From Sneathiellales bacterium (GTDB taxonomy: Bacteria > Pseudomonadota > Alphaproteobacteria > JANQFL01): a DNA stretch of 64,000 bases. Below are positions 18,441 to 29,117 of the stretch, piece after piece (position 1 is the first letter of the stretch; every line of letters starts with the position of its first letter). The stretch is from assembly GCA_028277845.1 (NCBI GenBank), contig JANQFL010000074.1, positions 40,758 to 104,757 of the forward strand, written 5' to 3'. A model generated the notes under the pieces. It worked only from the letters and a program-made list of their open reading frames with translations, was not told the origin of the DNA and searched no databases. The position numbers were made by a program, and so were the translations under genes.

Positions 18441-20747
18441 TTAAGTGTCTGACTGAGCGAGGACCGCTTCCACCTTGCGTGCCAGATCCGCCTTACGGAA
18501 TGGCTTCTGCAACAGCGTGATGCCGTCATCCAACCGGTCGTGGTGGATGATCGAATTTTCCGTATACCCCGACATGAACAACACGCCGATGCCGGGAAAC
18601 TGCTCGACGATTTGATCGGCGAGTTCCCGGCCGTTGATCCCGCCCGGCAGCACCACGTCGGTGATCAGCAAATCGATGCCGCCATTGGTGCGCATGATCT
18701 CAATGGCGCTGTCGCCCTTCTCCGCTTGCAGCACGGAATATCCCAACGATTCCAGCATGGTGACGGTCAGATCGCGGACATCCTCGTCATCTTCCACGAC
18801 CAGTATCTTGGCGTCCTGCGGGGTCTTGATTTCGGCAAGCTTGGCGGCGTCGGCGCCCGTGTCTCCGGATGCCTGTGCCGCCCGCGGAATATACAATTTG
18901 ACCGTCGTTCCCTCGCCTTCTTCGCTGTAGATCTTGGCGTGGCCGCCCGACTGTTTGGTAAATCCGTACACCATGCTCAGGCCCAGCCCGCTTCCCTTGC
19001 CGACTTCCTTGGTCGTGAAGAACGGCTCGAACGCCTTCTCGACGGAATCTTCGGACATGCCGACGCCCGTATCGGTGACCGCGAGCATGACATACTGTCC
19101 CGGTTCGAGATCCAGCTGCATGGCGGCATACTCGTCGTCGAGCCGCGCGTTCGCCGTTTCGATGGTCAGCCTGCCGCCGTCGGGCATGGCGTCGCGGGCA
19201 TTGATCGCCAGATTGAGAAGGGCGTTTTCCATCTGTACGTGGTCGACCTCGCATGACCATAAACCGCCGGCGATGACGGTCTCGATTTCGATGGTTTCGC
19301 CCAGGGTTCTTTGCAGAAGATCCGTCATTTCGCTGATCAGCCGGTTGAGATCGACGGCGTCCGGTTTCAGGGCCTGGCGCCGGGAAAACGCCAACAGACG
19401 TTGTGTCAGATTGGATCCGCGAATGGCGGCGGAAATGGATTTGTCGGCGAAATTCTGACGGTGATCGCCGCTCGGCAGATCGTCTTTCAACAGTTCCAGA
19501 TTGCCGATGACGACTGCAAGCAGGTTGTTGAAATCGTGGGCGATCCCGCCGGTCAATTGGCCGACCGCCTCCATCTTTTGAGACTGCCGCAACTGATCTT
19601 CCGCTTCTTCCGCTTTGGCGATCGCGTCCATTTCGGCGGACACGTCGGAACCGGTGCCGCGATACCCGGCGAAGTCTCCGTTTTCGTCGTATATCGGTTT
19701 GCCGCTGACGGACCAGCACTGCTCGCGCCGGTCCGGCGTGTGGAACTTGTAGCGGAAGTCGCGGAACGGTTTGCGCTCGGCGAGATCTTTCAGGTGCCGG
19801 TCCCATTTTTCGCCGTCGTCGAGATCCCGCACCAGTTCGGTCCGTGTCTTGCCGATAACGTCGTCGGGCGACAATCCCGACATCCGGTACGCGCCTTCGG
19901 ACATGTAGGTGAAGCGTAAGTCCGCATCCATTTCCCAGAACCAGTCGGACGACGCGTCGGCAAAGTCATGGAATCGTTGTTCACTGTGGCGCAGGGCTTT
20001 TTCGGCCGCGTTACGTAGCTGCAGATGGTCCTGGCTGGCGCTCAGGACCGAATTGGCCGTCTTCGATAGAAGTCCGAATTCGTCGTCCCGATGGACCCCT
20101 CCGAACGGCGCCTCGAACGGTTCCGGCGCGCGCGGGTTCACCATTCCCAGGCGGTGGACGAAAGCCGTCAAAGGGCGTGTCAATACGAGGTGGAACACGC
20201 CGAGAAGGATAAACGTCAGCAACAGGCTTCGGATGACGCCGAACGCCATGACGAACAGGGAACGGTCGAAAAAGGCGTTGAGGGCGGCATCACGATCCAC
20301 GGTGACCTTGAGGTATCCGAACACGGTGTCCTGATCGGGCTGGGTCAGTTCGATCTCATAGGTCGGGTAGGCGTCGCTGACACGGCTGGTGATCCAACTC
20401 GTCGGGCTGGAACTCCTGTTCCGTTCCAGACTGGCCAGCGCGTCGCCGAAATCGTCTATGACATGAGCATCGACGATAAAGCCGTAGTCCAGAAGGCCTT
20501 CGACCACCTGTGTCGCAAGGCGCTTGTCCAGCCGGTGCGCGGCCTGCGATGCGGATCGTTCGGAAACCCGGAGGATCTGGTTGACGATTTCGTCCAGTTC
20601 CTTGTCCTGTTCGGTGAAGTCCAGCGCAATTTGCAGCGCGCCGATGGCGGCACCCAGGATCAAGGCAAAGAGAACACCGTAGCGCGCCAGGCGAAACGCG
20701 ACGCGTTTGTGGAACGGTATCGGCTGGACCTGTTTTTCTGGTGCCAT
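18441..20747 (-). CDS. Hybrid PAS sensor histidine kinase/receiver
   Basis: 2 TM, PAS (SDWFWEMD), H-box IAHDFNNLL, NARDAM, FFTTK.VGKGSGLGL, REC domain (LVVEDD, ITDVVLPG). Confidence 0.93.
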   Translation of the reverse strand: MAPEKQVQPIPFHKRVAFRLARYGVLFALILGAAIGALQIALDFTEQDKELDEIVNQILRVSERSASQAAHRLDKRLATQVVEGLLDYGFIVDAHVIDDFGDALASLERNRSSSPTSWITSRVSDAYPTYEIELTQPDQDTVFGYLKVTVDRDAALNAFFDRSLFVMAFGVIRSLLLTFILLGVFHLVLTRPLTAFVHRLGMVNPRAPEPFEAPFGGVHRDDEFGLLSKTANSVLSASQDHLQLRNAAEKALRHSEQRFHDFADASSDWFWEMDADLRFTYMSEGAYRMSGLSPDDVIGKTRTELVRDLDDGEKWDRHLKDLAERKPFRDFRYKFHTPDRREQCWSVSGKPIYDENGDFAGYRGTGSDVSAEMDAIAKAEEAEDQLRQSQKMEAVGQLTGGIAHDFNNLLAVVIGNLELLKDDLPSGDHRQNFADKSISAAIRGSNLTQRLLAFSRRQALKPDAVDLNRLISEMTDLLQRTLGETIEIETVIAGGLWSCEVDHVQMENALLNLAINARDAMPDGGRLTIETANARLDDEYAAMQLDLEPGQYVMLAVTDTGVGMSEDSVEKAFEPFFTTKEVGKGSGLGLSMVYGFTKQSGGHAKIYSEEGEGTTVKLYIPRAAQASGDTGADAAKLAEIKTPQDAKILVVEDDEDVRDLTVTMLESLGYSVLQAEKGDSAIEIMRTNGGIDLLITDVVLPGGINGRELADQIVEQFPGIGVLFMSGYTENSIIHHDRLDDGITLLQKPFRKADLARKVEAVLAQSDT

Positions 20748-20924
20748 TTCCGGGGTCCGGAAAGCGTTCTGCACGTGAGGGTCGTTGTTCCAAAATGACT
20801 ATTAAAGGTATCGCCGATTATATGGAGATGAAAGGGATGTGTTGTTTGGAGAAAATGTTGAATCAGACCGGATTTTATTTCGCTAATCCGTCCGGCGGAC
20901 ACTCAATACGCCGGTTTGGGCAAC

Positions 20925-20954
20925 AAAAAAGGCGGGCTGTTCAGCCCGCCTTTT
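20925..20954 (-). terminator. Intrinsic terminator (bidirectional-looking)
   Basis: AAAAAAGGCGGGCTG-TT-CAGCCCGCCTTTT downstream of 20981..22171. Confidence 0.75.
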
Positions 20955-20980
20955 CACGATGATTTGCCTTTTCAGCGCCT

Positions 20981-22171
20981 CTATCTCACATAGATATGCA
21001 CTTCGTTGGTATTTGCCGCCGTCGATGTGGTCGAGCGCAGGTTTACCCGGCTCGGCGGCAAGCCCATTTCGGTCAACGTCCTCAGCACGTGCTCGGCGTG
21101 CCGACGCGACTTGTTCTGGGCCAGCGCGACCTGCGCGGGCGTGCCTTGGTTGGGCGCGACGGCGACCAGATCGAATTGCGCCTGCGGCCGGCGCTCCAGC
21201 GCCTTGCTCATGGCGGTATACAGCATCGACTGATACGGCACGTCAGGGCGGCTGAACCGGATAACGGCCAGAGGCGTCCGGTTGCCGAGCGCGCTGCTCG
21301 ACGACGCGATCGGCGCGGCCGCCACCGGTGGCGGCGTGGACCCGATGGGTGCGGCCGAGGCATAGGCCCGGTTGATCAGGCTGGCGCCGTACAGTTCGCC
21401 GTTTTTCACCGCCAGCGACAAGGTGGTCAGGTTGGCGCGCTCGTTGGCGACGTAAGCGGTCTGCCGGCTGACATCCTCGCTCAACTCATTCAGCAGGCGG
21501 TCGATCAGAACGACCGTCCGGTTGGTCTCGTCTTCCAATATGGCCAGCTGGCGATGGTCTTCATCGATGGCGCCGGACAGGCCATAGGCGGCCCTGGACG
21601 ACTCGAGCAAATAGCTGGACATGGATGAATCGGCGGTGACTTCATTGGCCAGGCTGTTCATGGCGGCGATGTCGGACATCAGCCGGTCCAGTTCGATCTG
21701 GGCCTCGTTCCACTGGCGCACCAATACGGGGTTGCCGGGCGTGGTGCCCAGCTGCAGGCGTGTCGTGATCGCCGCCATGGTGCCGTGATAGCGCTGCGAA
21801 TTGCTGGTCGTCGCGTTGCGGATTTCCTGCAGCCGGCGATTGCGGTCGACGATCTTGGCTTGCAGTGACCGCAGCTCCTGCCGCATCTGCGTGACCTTGC
21901 GGCCGACGAACGTTCCGGTCGGCTGGGCATCGGTGATGGCCGGCGGCGTGAAATTGGTCGTGCCCAAAGCGGGCGGACGAGCCGGCGCGGCGACCGGACC
22001 CAGCGTGGGTTCAGACTGAGCCTCGGACGGCGCCTGGGCAATCTGAACCTGTTCGCCCGAACCCGCTTCGTCACCCGTGAGGGAAGGCCAAAGAGATTCG
22101 GACGCGAACGAACAACCGGCGAGTAAAAATGCAGCGCCGAATGCCGTGGCGTACGATGTACGAAAAGACAT
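20981..22171 (-). CDS. Hypothetical lipoprotein with long helical/coiled-coil core
   Basis: Lipobox LLAG-C; Pro/Ala linker, heptad-rich middle, alpha/beta C-terminal domain. Confidence 0.75.
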   Translation of the reverse strand: MSFRTSYATAFGAAFLLAGCSFASESLWPSLTGDEAGSGEQVQIAQAPSEAQSEPTLGPVAAPARPPALGTTNFTPPAITDAQPTGTFVGRKVTQMRQELRSLQAKIVDRNRRLQEIRNATTSNSQRYHGTMAAITTRLQLGTTPGNPVLVRQWNEAQIELDRLMSDIAAMNSLANEVTADSSMSSYLLESSRAAYGLSGAIDEDHRQLAILEDETNRTVVLIDRLLNELSEDVSRQTAYVANERANLTTLSLAVKNGELYGASLINRAYASAAPIGSTPPPVAAAPIASSSSALGNRTPLAVIRFSRPDVPYQSMLYTAMSKALERRPQAQFDLVAVAPNQGTPAQVALAQNKSRRHAEHVLRTLTEMGLPPSRVNLRSTTSTAANTNEVHIYVR

Positions 22172-22447
22172 CCCTTAAAACACTCTTCGCGTTATTATCA
22201 AATGAAGGACCAAATCGTTGGCTGGATAGTCCCGCGACTACTGAGCGAGCTTACCAGATCGTCCCCCTCTTAAAATCCAACCCGGTCGCGATCTTAAACA
22301 AAGGCCCGCAAACCCACAAGAAGCTTTTGTTTTTAGTCTGTTACGGTTAAAAGCCGAAAACCATATCGGGGCCCTTGTGAATCCGATTTATTTTGATTAG
22401 GTTCCGCTGGTTCGGAGGCTGTGGACCCTATACAGCCTTCGACATGC

Positions 22448-22524
22448 GCGCTCGTAGCTCAGCTGGATAGAGCACCAGACTACGAATCTGGGGGTCGGGA
22501 GTTCGAATCTTCCCGAGCGCGCCA
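22448..22524 (+). tRNA. tRNA-Arg (anticodon ACG)
   Basis: Acceptor stem GCGCTCG/CGAGCGC, D-arm AGCTCAGCTGGATAGAGC, anticodon loop CTACGAA, GTTCGAATC, encoded CCA. Confidence 0.97.
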
Positions 22525-22563
22525 TCCTCTTTCGTCAAATTTGCCGAAAATTGACCGGCTGTT

Positions 22564-23547
22564 TCACAGCGCCCGGAGCACCATTGCCGTGCCCGCCGAG
22601 GCAACGAGCAAGCCGCCGCACGACCAACAATACAGCACCAGGGATTGCCGGATGTCCTTCGGGTTCAGCCCGGACCGTCCCCGGCCCATCCAGGCGCCGT
22701 CGACGGTCTTGTCGCCATAGCGGCGGGGTCCGGCAAGCGCGAAGCCGAGGGCGCCGGCCATGGCGGCCTCGGGCCAGCCGGCGTTGGGGGAGGTGTGCCG
22801 GCGGGCGTCGCGGGCCATGGCGGTCCAGGCGCGGCCGATCGACGCACCCGGCAGCACCCAGGCCGCGAGAGCCAGCAGAAGCCCCGTCAAACGGGCGGGG
22901 ATCCAGTTCACCAGATCGTCGAAACGGGCGGCGGCCCAGCCGAATTCCCGGTGCCGTTCGGTCTTGTGGCCGATCATGCTGTCCGCGGTATTGACGGCCT
23001 TGTAAACCAGCAAACCGGGCAGGCCCAACACCAGATACCAGAACACCGGCGCGATAACCCCGTCGCTGAAATTTTCGGCCAGGGATTCGATGGCGGCGCG
23101 GCATACGGCGGGTTCGTTCAGTGTATTCGGATCACGGCCGACCAAATGGGATACGGCGCTGCGGCCCGCGCCCAGCCCGCCTCGTTCGAGTGCCCGGGCC
23201 ACCGCGCCGACATGGTCGAACAGTCCACGTTGCGCGACAAATACCGAAACGAGCAGCGCTTCGATCGCCACCCCGGCCGGCGCCGTCAGTTGATCAAGCG
23301 CCACGTGCCCGGCGGCGCCCACGACGGCCGCCACGATTACGACGACGAGAAGGACGAGCAGTCCTTTGGTCTTGCGTGCCTCTCCCCGGTTGAGGGCGCG
23401 GTCCAGGATGCCGATCCCGTTGCCGAACAGAACCACCGGGTGGGGGAGGCGGCGGTACAGCCATTGCGGATCGCCGATCAGCCAATCGATAATCAGCGCG
23501 ACCGTCAGGGCGGCAAACACCGTCCAGGCGTCTGATTCGACTAGCAT
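22564..23547 (-). CDS. cobD: Adenosylcobinamide-phosphate synthase CobD/CbiB
   Basis: GDP...HPV, LVGRD, AIESLAENFSDG, YKAVNTADSMIG, ARFDD, SPNAGWPEAAMAGAL. Confidence 0.93.
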   Translation of the reverse strand: MLVESDAWTVFAALTVALIIDWLIGDPQWLYRRLPHPVVLFGNGIGILDRALNRGEARKTKGLLVLLVVVIVAAVVGAAGHVALDQLTAPAGVAIEALLVSVFVAQRGLFDHVGAVARALERGGLGAGRSAVSHLVGRDPNTLNEPAVCRAAIESLAENFSDGVIAPVFWYLVLGLPGLLVYKAVNTADSMIGHKTERHREFGWAAARFDDLVNWIPARLTGLLLALAAWVLPGASIGRAWTAMARDARRHTSPNAGWPEAAMAGALGFALAGPRRYGDKTVDGAWMGRGRSGLNPKDIRQSLVLYCWSCGGLLVASAGTAMVLRAL

Positions 23548-23771
23548 TGGCTGGGTCCGGCTATTTGGGTGTGGCGCAACGCCGGCCGCCGTCGGTTTTG
23601 CCGCCGCCCAGGTCGCGACGAGAATAGACTGGCGCTGGCCGCCGTGCGAATTCGCCGGATGCGGGCGCGGCAAGGCAACGCCGTCATTGTCCTGACGAAT
23701 TGGCGATGGAAGAATACGCGTGCCGGCATCGGTGGCCACGAGCCTTTCGATAAGCGTGGTCGGCAACAGGG

Positions 23772-25028
23772 GTGGATGGCTTGAAATACTCGATCTTCAG
23801 TCTGGTCCGCAATGCACTGGGTTATCACGAAGGCTGGCCGCGGGCCTGGCGCAGCCCCGATCCCAAGCCGGAATACGACGTCGTCATCGTCGGCGGCGGC
23901 GGCCACGGCCTGGCCACGGCGTATTACCTGGCGAAGGAGCACGGAATCACCAACGTGGCGGTGCTGGAAAAGGGCTGGCTCGGCGGCGGCAATACCGGCC
24001 GCAATACCACGATCATCCGCTCCAACTATCTGTGGGACGAGAGCGCCCATCTCTACGAACACTCCCTCAAGCTCTACGAGGGGCTGAGCCAGGACATCAA
24101 TTACAACATCATGCTGAGCCAGCGCGGCGTGCTCAATTTGGCGCACAATCTGCACGACTTGCGGGAGCTGAGCCGGCGGGTCAACGCCATCCGGCTCAAC
24201 GGCATCGATTCCGAAATCCTCGATACGGCGCAGGTCAAGGCCATGGTGCCCATCCTCAACGCCTCCCAGCAATCGCGCTATCCGGTGCTCGGCGCTTCGT
24301 TGCAGAAGCGCGGCGGCGTCGCCCGGCACGACGCCGTCGCCTGGGGACTGGCCCGTGCCGCCGACGCCCGCGGCGTCGACATTATCCAGCAATGCGAGGT
24401 TACGGGCATCGTCCGGGACGGCGGCAAGGTCACGGGCGTCGAAACCACGCGCGGCCTGATCCGGGCCGGGAAGGTCGGTATCGTCACGGCCGGCCACACC
24501 AGCGTGCTGGCGGCCATGGCCGGGATCCGCCTGCCGATCGAAAGCCACCCGTTGCAGGCGCTGGTGTCCGAACCGATCAAGCCGGTCCTGCACACCGTGG
24601 TCATGTCCAACGCGGTGCACGCCTATGTCAGCCAATCGGACCGCGGCGAGCTGGTCATGGGCGCGGGCATCGACGGCTACAACGGCTACAGCCAGCGCGG
24701 CAGCATCCCGGTCATCGAACACATGCTGGCCTCCATTGTCGAACTGTTCCCCATATTCAGCCGTCTGCGCATGATGCGCCAGTGGGGCGGCATCGTCGAC
24801 ACCTGCCCCGATGCCAGCCCGATCATTTCGAAGACGCCAGTAGACGGCCTCTATATCAACGGCGGCTGGGGCACCGGCGGTTTCAAGGCGACGCCCGGGT
24901 CGGGCTGGGTGTTCGCCCATACCATCGCCCAGGACCGGCCCCATGCCCTCAACGCCGCGTTCAACCTGGACCGTTTCACATCAGGCGCCTTGGTCGACGA
25001 GCACGGCGCCGCGGCTGTGGCCCACTAG
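23772..25028 (+). CDS. soxB: Sarcosine oxidase beta subunit
   Basis: [53 protein letters not shown]; start may be TTG 23781. Confidence 0.96.
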   Translation: MDGLKYSIFSLVRNALGYHEGWPRAWRSPDPKPEYDVVIVGGGGHGLATAYYLAKEHGITNVAVLEKGWLGGGNTGRNTTIIRSNYLWDESAHLYEHSLKLYEGLSQDINYNIMLSQRGVLNLAHNLHDLRELSRRVNAIRLNGIDSEILDTAQVKAMVPILNASQQSRYPVLGASLQKRGGVARHDAVAWGLARAADARGVDIIQQCEVTGIVRDGGKVTGVETTRGLIRAGKVGIVTAGHTSVLAAMAGIRLPIESHPLQALVSEPIKPVLHTVVMSNAVHAYVSQSDRGELVMGAGIDGYNGYSQRGSIPVIEHMLASIVELFPIFSRLRMMRQWGGIVDTCPDASPIISKTPVDGLYINGGWGTGGFKATPGSGWVFAHTIAQDRPHALNAAFNLDRFTSGALVDEHGAAAVAH

Positions 25029-25039
25029 GAGCACCGAAG

Positions 25040-25339
25040 ATGTTGTCGATACCCTGCCCCTGGTGCGGACCGCGCGACGAAACCGAGTATTCCTACGGCG
25101 GCGAAGCCCACATCGTACGGCCGGAAGATCCCCAGGCTTTGAGCGACCGTGAATGGGCGGACTATCTGTTCATGCGCGCCAATACCAAGGGGGCGCACCG
25201 CGAACGTTGGGTTCACAGCCACGGCTGCCGCCGCTGGTTCAATGTGGAGCGCAACACCGCCACCAACGAAATCATCGCCGTCTACAAAATGGGGGAGTCG
25301 CCGCCCGGTGACGGTACCGGCGGGGACGGCGCGCCATGA
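25040..25339 (+). CDS. soxD: Sarcosine oxidase delta subunit
   Basis: MLSIPCPWCGPRDETEY...ERWVHSHGCRRWFN zinc motif. Confidence 0.95.
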   Translation: MLSIPCPWCGPRDETEYSYGGEAHIVRPEDPQALSDREWADYLFMRANTKGAHRERWVHSHGCRRWFNVERNTATNEIIAVYKMGESPPGDGTGGDGAP

Positions 25340-28300
25340 CACAGCGCCAGCGCTTGGCCAAGGGCGGCCGCATCGATCGCACCCGATTGTTGAGTTTCAC
25401 GTTCGACGGCCGGTCCTACAAGGGGTATGCCGGTGATACGCTGGCGTCGGCGTTGATGGCCAATGGCGTTTCGGTCCTGGGCCGCAGTTTCAAGTATCAC
25501 CGGCCGCGTGGGCTGTTCGGCGCCGGTGCGGAGGAACCGAACGCCATCGTGCAGTTGGAGGAAGGTCCGGACACCATCCCCAATCTGCGCGCGACGCAGG
25601 TCGAGCTCTACGACGGGCTGATGGCGTCGAGCGTCAACGCCTGGCCCGGGCTCGACTGGGACATCGGCGAAATCAACAGCCTGTTCTCGCGCGTTTTGCC
25701 GGCCGGTTTTTACTACAAGACCTTCATGTGGCCGGCCAGCTTCTGGATGAAATACGAGGAGGTGATCCGCCGTGCGGCCGGGCTGGGCCGCTGTCCGGAA
25801 CATCCCGATCCGGATACCTACGACAAGATGCACGCCCATTGCGACGTGCTCGTGGTCGGCGGCGGGCCGGCGGGCCTGATGGCGGCCCTGACCGCGGGGA
25901 AGGCGGGCGCCCGCGTCATCCTGGCCGACGAACAAACCGAATTCGGTGGCGCGCTGCTGGACCGCCGGAATGCGATCGACGGCAAACCCGCGGCGGACTG
26001 GGTTGCGGCCGCCGTCGCGGAACTTGAGGCCATGGAGGACGTCCGGCTTCTACCCCGCACCCACGCCGCGGGGTATTACGAACATAATTTTTTGACCCTA
26101 CTCGAGCGCAAGACCGACCATTTGCATCCAGTGGCACGGCGTCGGACACCCGGCCCGCGGCAACGCCTGTGGAAGGTCCGGGCGGCGCAGGTGGTGCTGG
26201 CCACCGGTGCCATCGAACGGCCTCTGGTGTTCGCCGACAACGACCGGCCGGGTGTGATGCTGGCGTCGGCGGCCCAAACCTATGTCAACCGCTACGGCGT
26301 CAAGCCGGGGTCGCGGGCCGTCGTGTTCACCAACAACGATTCCGCCTACGCCGCCGCCATGGATTTGCACGACGGCGGTGTCGACATCGCCGCCGTCGTC
26401 GACCTGCGCGAAAACCCCGGTGGCGCCCTGGTGACCGAAGCCCGCGGCAAGGGCATTACCGTTTTGGACGGTCGTGCCGTCGTCGCCACCGAAGGCCGCA
26501 AGCGCGTTCAGGCGGTCGATGTCGCGCCCCTGAGCGCCGACGGCCGTGTCGCGGAAGGCGCGCACCGCCGGTTCGAATGCGATCTGGTGCTGGTCTCCGG
26601 CGGCTGGAATCCGGCGGTTCATCTGTTCAGCCACGCCGGCGGCAAGTTGTCGTTCGAACCGGATCGCGCCCAGTTCCTGCCCGGTACGACACCCTTGCCA
26701 TGCCGTGCCGCCGGATCTGCCAGCGGCGACATTCAACTGGCGCAGTGTCTGGCCAACGGACAAAAGGCCGGCGAAGTCGCCGCGGCGGCAAACGGGTTCC
26801 GCAGGCGGGGGCGCCTGCCCGGCATTCCGCAATGTGACGATGTGGCCGAAGGGCCGATGCGGCATGTCTGGCAGGTGCCGGGCCGAAAACCGGCGGCGCA
26901 ACTGAAGCAGTTTGTCGATCTGCAACATGACGTCACGGCAGCGGACGTGCACCTGGCCGCCCGGGAAGGCTATGAGTCGGTCGAACACTTGAAGCGTTAC
27001 ACGACACTCGGCATGGGGACCGACCAGGGTAAGACCGCCAACATCAATGGCCTGGCCATCATGGCGGAAACGCTCGGACGCGATATTCCCGGCGTCGGGA
27101 CCACGACCTTCCGGCCACCCTACACACCGGTCACGCTCGGCGCCATGGCCGGCCGGGATGTCGGCGCGTTGGCCGACCCGGTACGGCGTACGCCGATGCA
27201 TCACTGGCACGAGACCGCCGGCGCGTTGTTCGAGGATGTCGGCCAGTGGAAACGGCCCTGGTATTACCCCAAACAGGGCGAATCCATGCAGGACGCCGTG
27301 GATCGGGAGTGTTTGGCCACCCGGAACGCCATCGGCGTGCTCGACGCGACGACTCTCGGCAAGATCGACATTCAGGGACCGGATGCCGCCGAACTGCTCA
27401 ATCGTGTCTATACCAACGCCTGGAGCAAACTGGCGGTCGGGCGTTGCCGTTACGGGTTGATGCTGGGCGAAGACGGCATGGTCATGGACGACGGCGTGAC
27501 CACATGTCTTGGCGAAAATCACTATCTGATGACAACGACCACCGGCAACGCCGCCCGGGTGATGGGCTGGCTCGAGGAATGGCTGCAGACGGAATGGCCC
27601 GATCTCAAGGTCTACCTCAACTCGGTCAGTGAATATTGGGCCACGATCGCCATTGCCGGCCCCTTCGCCCGGGAACTGTTGGCGGAGTTGACGGACGATA
27701 TCGACGTCGCGAACGAAGCCTTCCCCTTCATGTCGCTGCGCTCGGGAACAGTGGCGGGCATCCCGGCCCGGGTTTTCCGTATCAGCTTCACGGGCGAAGT
27801 CAGTTTCGAGATCAATGTGCCGTCGACCTACGGGCTGGCCATGTGGAACGCGGTGATGATGGCCGGGGAGAAATACGGCATCACACCGTTCGGCACCGAA
27901 ACCATGCACGTACTGCGCGCCGAGAAGGGCTACATCATCGTCGGCCAGGACACCGACGGGACGATCACGCCCGGCGATCTGGGCATGGACTGGATCGTGT
28001 CGAAAAAGAAACCCGATTTCATCGGCAAACGCAGTCTGAGCCGGCAGGATACGGCGCGGTCCGACCGCAAGCAGCTGGTCGGTTTGTTGACGGAAAATCC
28101 GTCCGAAGTCCTGCCGGAAGGCGGTCAGATCGTCGCGATCGTCAAGGACAGCCCGCCCATGGATATGATCGGCCACGTCACGTCCAGCTATTACAGCGCC
28201 AATCTCGGGCGGTCCATTGCCCTGGCATTGGTCAAGGGGGGGCATGACCGTCTTGGGAAGTCGGTCTATGTGCCTTTGGAAGGGCGAACGGTAAAGGCGA

Positions 28301-28353
28301 AGGTGTCCAAGACGGTGTTTTTCGATCCGGAAGGAGAACGGCTCAATGGTTGA
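25336..28353 (+). CDS. soxA: Sarcosine oxidase alpha subunit
   Basis: GDTLASAL, RSFKYHRPRG, GFYYKTFM, KRYTTLGMGTDQGK, GcvT-like C-terminus. Confidence 0.96.
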   Translation: MTQRQRLAKGGRIDRTRLLSFTFDGRSYKGYAGDTLASALMANGVSVLGRSFKYHRPRGLFGAGAEEPNAIVQLEEGPDTIPNLRATQVELYDGLMASSVNAWPGLDWDIGEINSLFSRVLPAGFYYKTFMWPASFWMKYEEVIRRAAGLGRCPEHPDPDTYDKMHAHCDVLVVGGGPAGLMAALTAGKAGARVILADEQTEFGGALLDRRNAIDGKPAADWVAAAVAELEAMEDVRLLPRTHAAGYYEHNFLTLLERKTDHLHPVARRRTPGPRQRLWKVRAAQVVLATGAIERPLVFADNDRPGVMLASAAQTYVNRYGVKPGSRAVVFTNNDSAYAAAMDLHDGGVDIAAVVDLRENPGGALVTEARGKGITVLDGRAVVATEGRKRVQAVDVAPLSADGRVAEGAHRRFECDLVLVSGGWNPAVHLFSHAGGKLSFEPDRAQFLPGTTPLPCRAAGSASGDIQLAQCLANGQKAGEVAAAANGFRRRGRLPGIPQCDDVAEGPMRHVWQVPGRKPAAQLKQFVDLQHDVTAADVHLAAREGYESVEHLKRYTTLGMGTDQGKTANINGLAIMAETLGRDIPGVGTTTFRPPYTPVTLGAMAGRDVGALADPVRRTPMHHWHETAGALFEDVGQWKRPWYYPKQGESMQDAVDRECLATRNAIGVLDATTLGKIDIQGPDAAELLNRVYTNAWSKLAVGRCRYGLMLGEDGMVMDDGVTTCLGENHYLMTTTTGNAARVMGWLEEWLQTEWPDLKVYLNSVSEYWATIAIAGPFARELLAELTDDIDVANEAFPFMSLRSGTVAGIPARVFRISFTGEVSFEINVPSTYGLAMWNAVMMAGEKYGITPFGTETMHVLRAEKGYIIVGQDTDGTITPGDLGMDWIVSKKKPDFIGKRSLSRQDTARSDRKQLVGLLTENPSEVLPEGGQIVAIVKDSPPMDMIGHVTSSYYSANLGRSIALALVKGGHDRLGKSVYVPLEGRTVKAKVSKTVFFDPEGERLNG

Positions 28354-28960
28354 TCCCTATCTCCGGCAAAGCCCGTTGGCGCATATGCACCTGAATACCC
28401 GCCCGGTGTCGACGGACGCCACGGTTTGGCTCAGGGAAGAGCCGTTCCGCACCCAAATTGTTCTGCGCGGAAACGCCGACAAAAAGCCGTTTCGCGATAG
28501 CGTGGAATCTGCCGTGGGCTGTGCCTTGCCCCGGGAACCCAATTCGGTGACCGGGCCGACCGACTTGAACGACGGCACGCGCATCCTGTGGCTCGGCCCG
28601 GACGAATGGCTTCTGGTCGCGCCGGTCGGCAACGAGCAACAACTGATGGAGACGCTGGCCGATACGCTCACGAAATTCCACGCCGCCGCGGTGGATGTCA
28701 GTGAAAGCCGCACGGTCCTTTCCGTCGGCGGGCCGAGCGCATCCGAGGCCCTGGCCAAGGGGTGCAGTCTGGATCTCCACCCCCGGTCCTTCGCGACGGG
28801 GCAGTGCGCCCAGTCGGAAATCGCGCGCGCGCACGCCATATACCACAAAGTCGGCGAAGACCCCGTTTTCGAGCTCTACATCCATCGCAGCTACGCCGAA
28901 TACGTTTGGATGTGGCTCGAAGATGCAACCGGAGAGTATGTCCCGGTGGCCGAGGGATAA
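28346..28960 (+). CDS. soxG: Sarcosine oxidase gamma subunit
   Basis: LWLGPDEW, VDVS, LAKGCSLDLHP, RSYAEY; operon position. Confidence 0.93.
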   Translation: MVDPYLRQSPLAHMHLNTRPVSTDATVWLREEPFRTQIVLRGNADKKPFRDSVESAVGCALPREPNSVTGPTDLNDGTRILWLGPDEWLLVAPVGNEQQLMETLADTLTKFHAAAVDVSESRTVLSVGGPSASEALAKGCSLDLHPRSFATGQCAQSEIARAHAIYHKVGEDPVFELYIHRSYAEYVWMWLEDATGEYVPVAEG

Positions 28961-29117
28961 GTCTTTCCAAATTGTTTACGAACAAACCGCGAAAATTAAC
29001 ACTCCGTTTAGGCTTTGACGTTGAAATCCCGATCAGCACCCCGTTAAGGGATCGAGCAATACGTTAGTAGGCCGCGCACGATACGCGCCGGCCGAACGCA
29101 ATAAAACTTCAGGGCTT

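Noticed and set aside
22448-22600. tRNA-Arg as an integration site for an island or prophage
   Set aside because: No integrase nearby, no duplicated tRNA 3' end noticed, and cobD follows immediately
23720-25339. 539-aa ORF overlapping soxB, and the 633-aa version of betA
   Set aside because: Stop-free alternative frames typical of high-GC DNA; only the C-terminal SoxD (from 25040) and BetA (from 63145) parts are real
26098-28245. Long antisense ORFs (here and at 3111-4385, 16889-18301, 36249-37871, 52654-54318 and others)
   Set aside because: Shadow ORFs of genuine genes caused by GC-rich codon usage; no recognisable motifs
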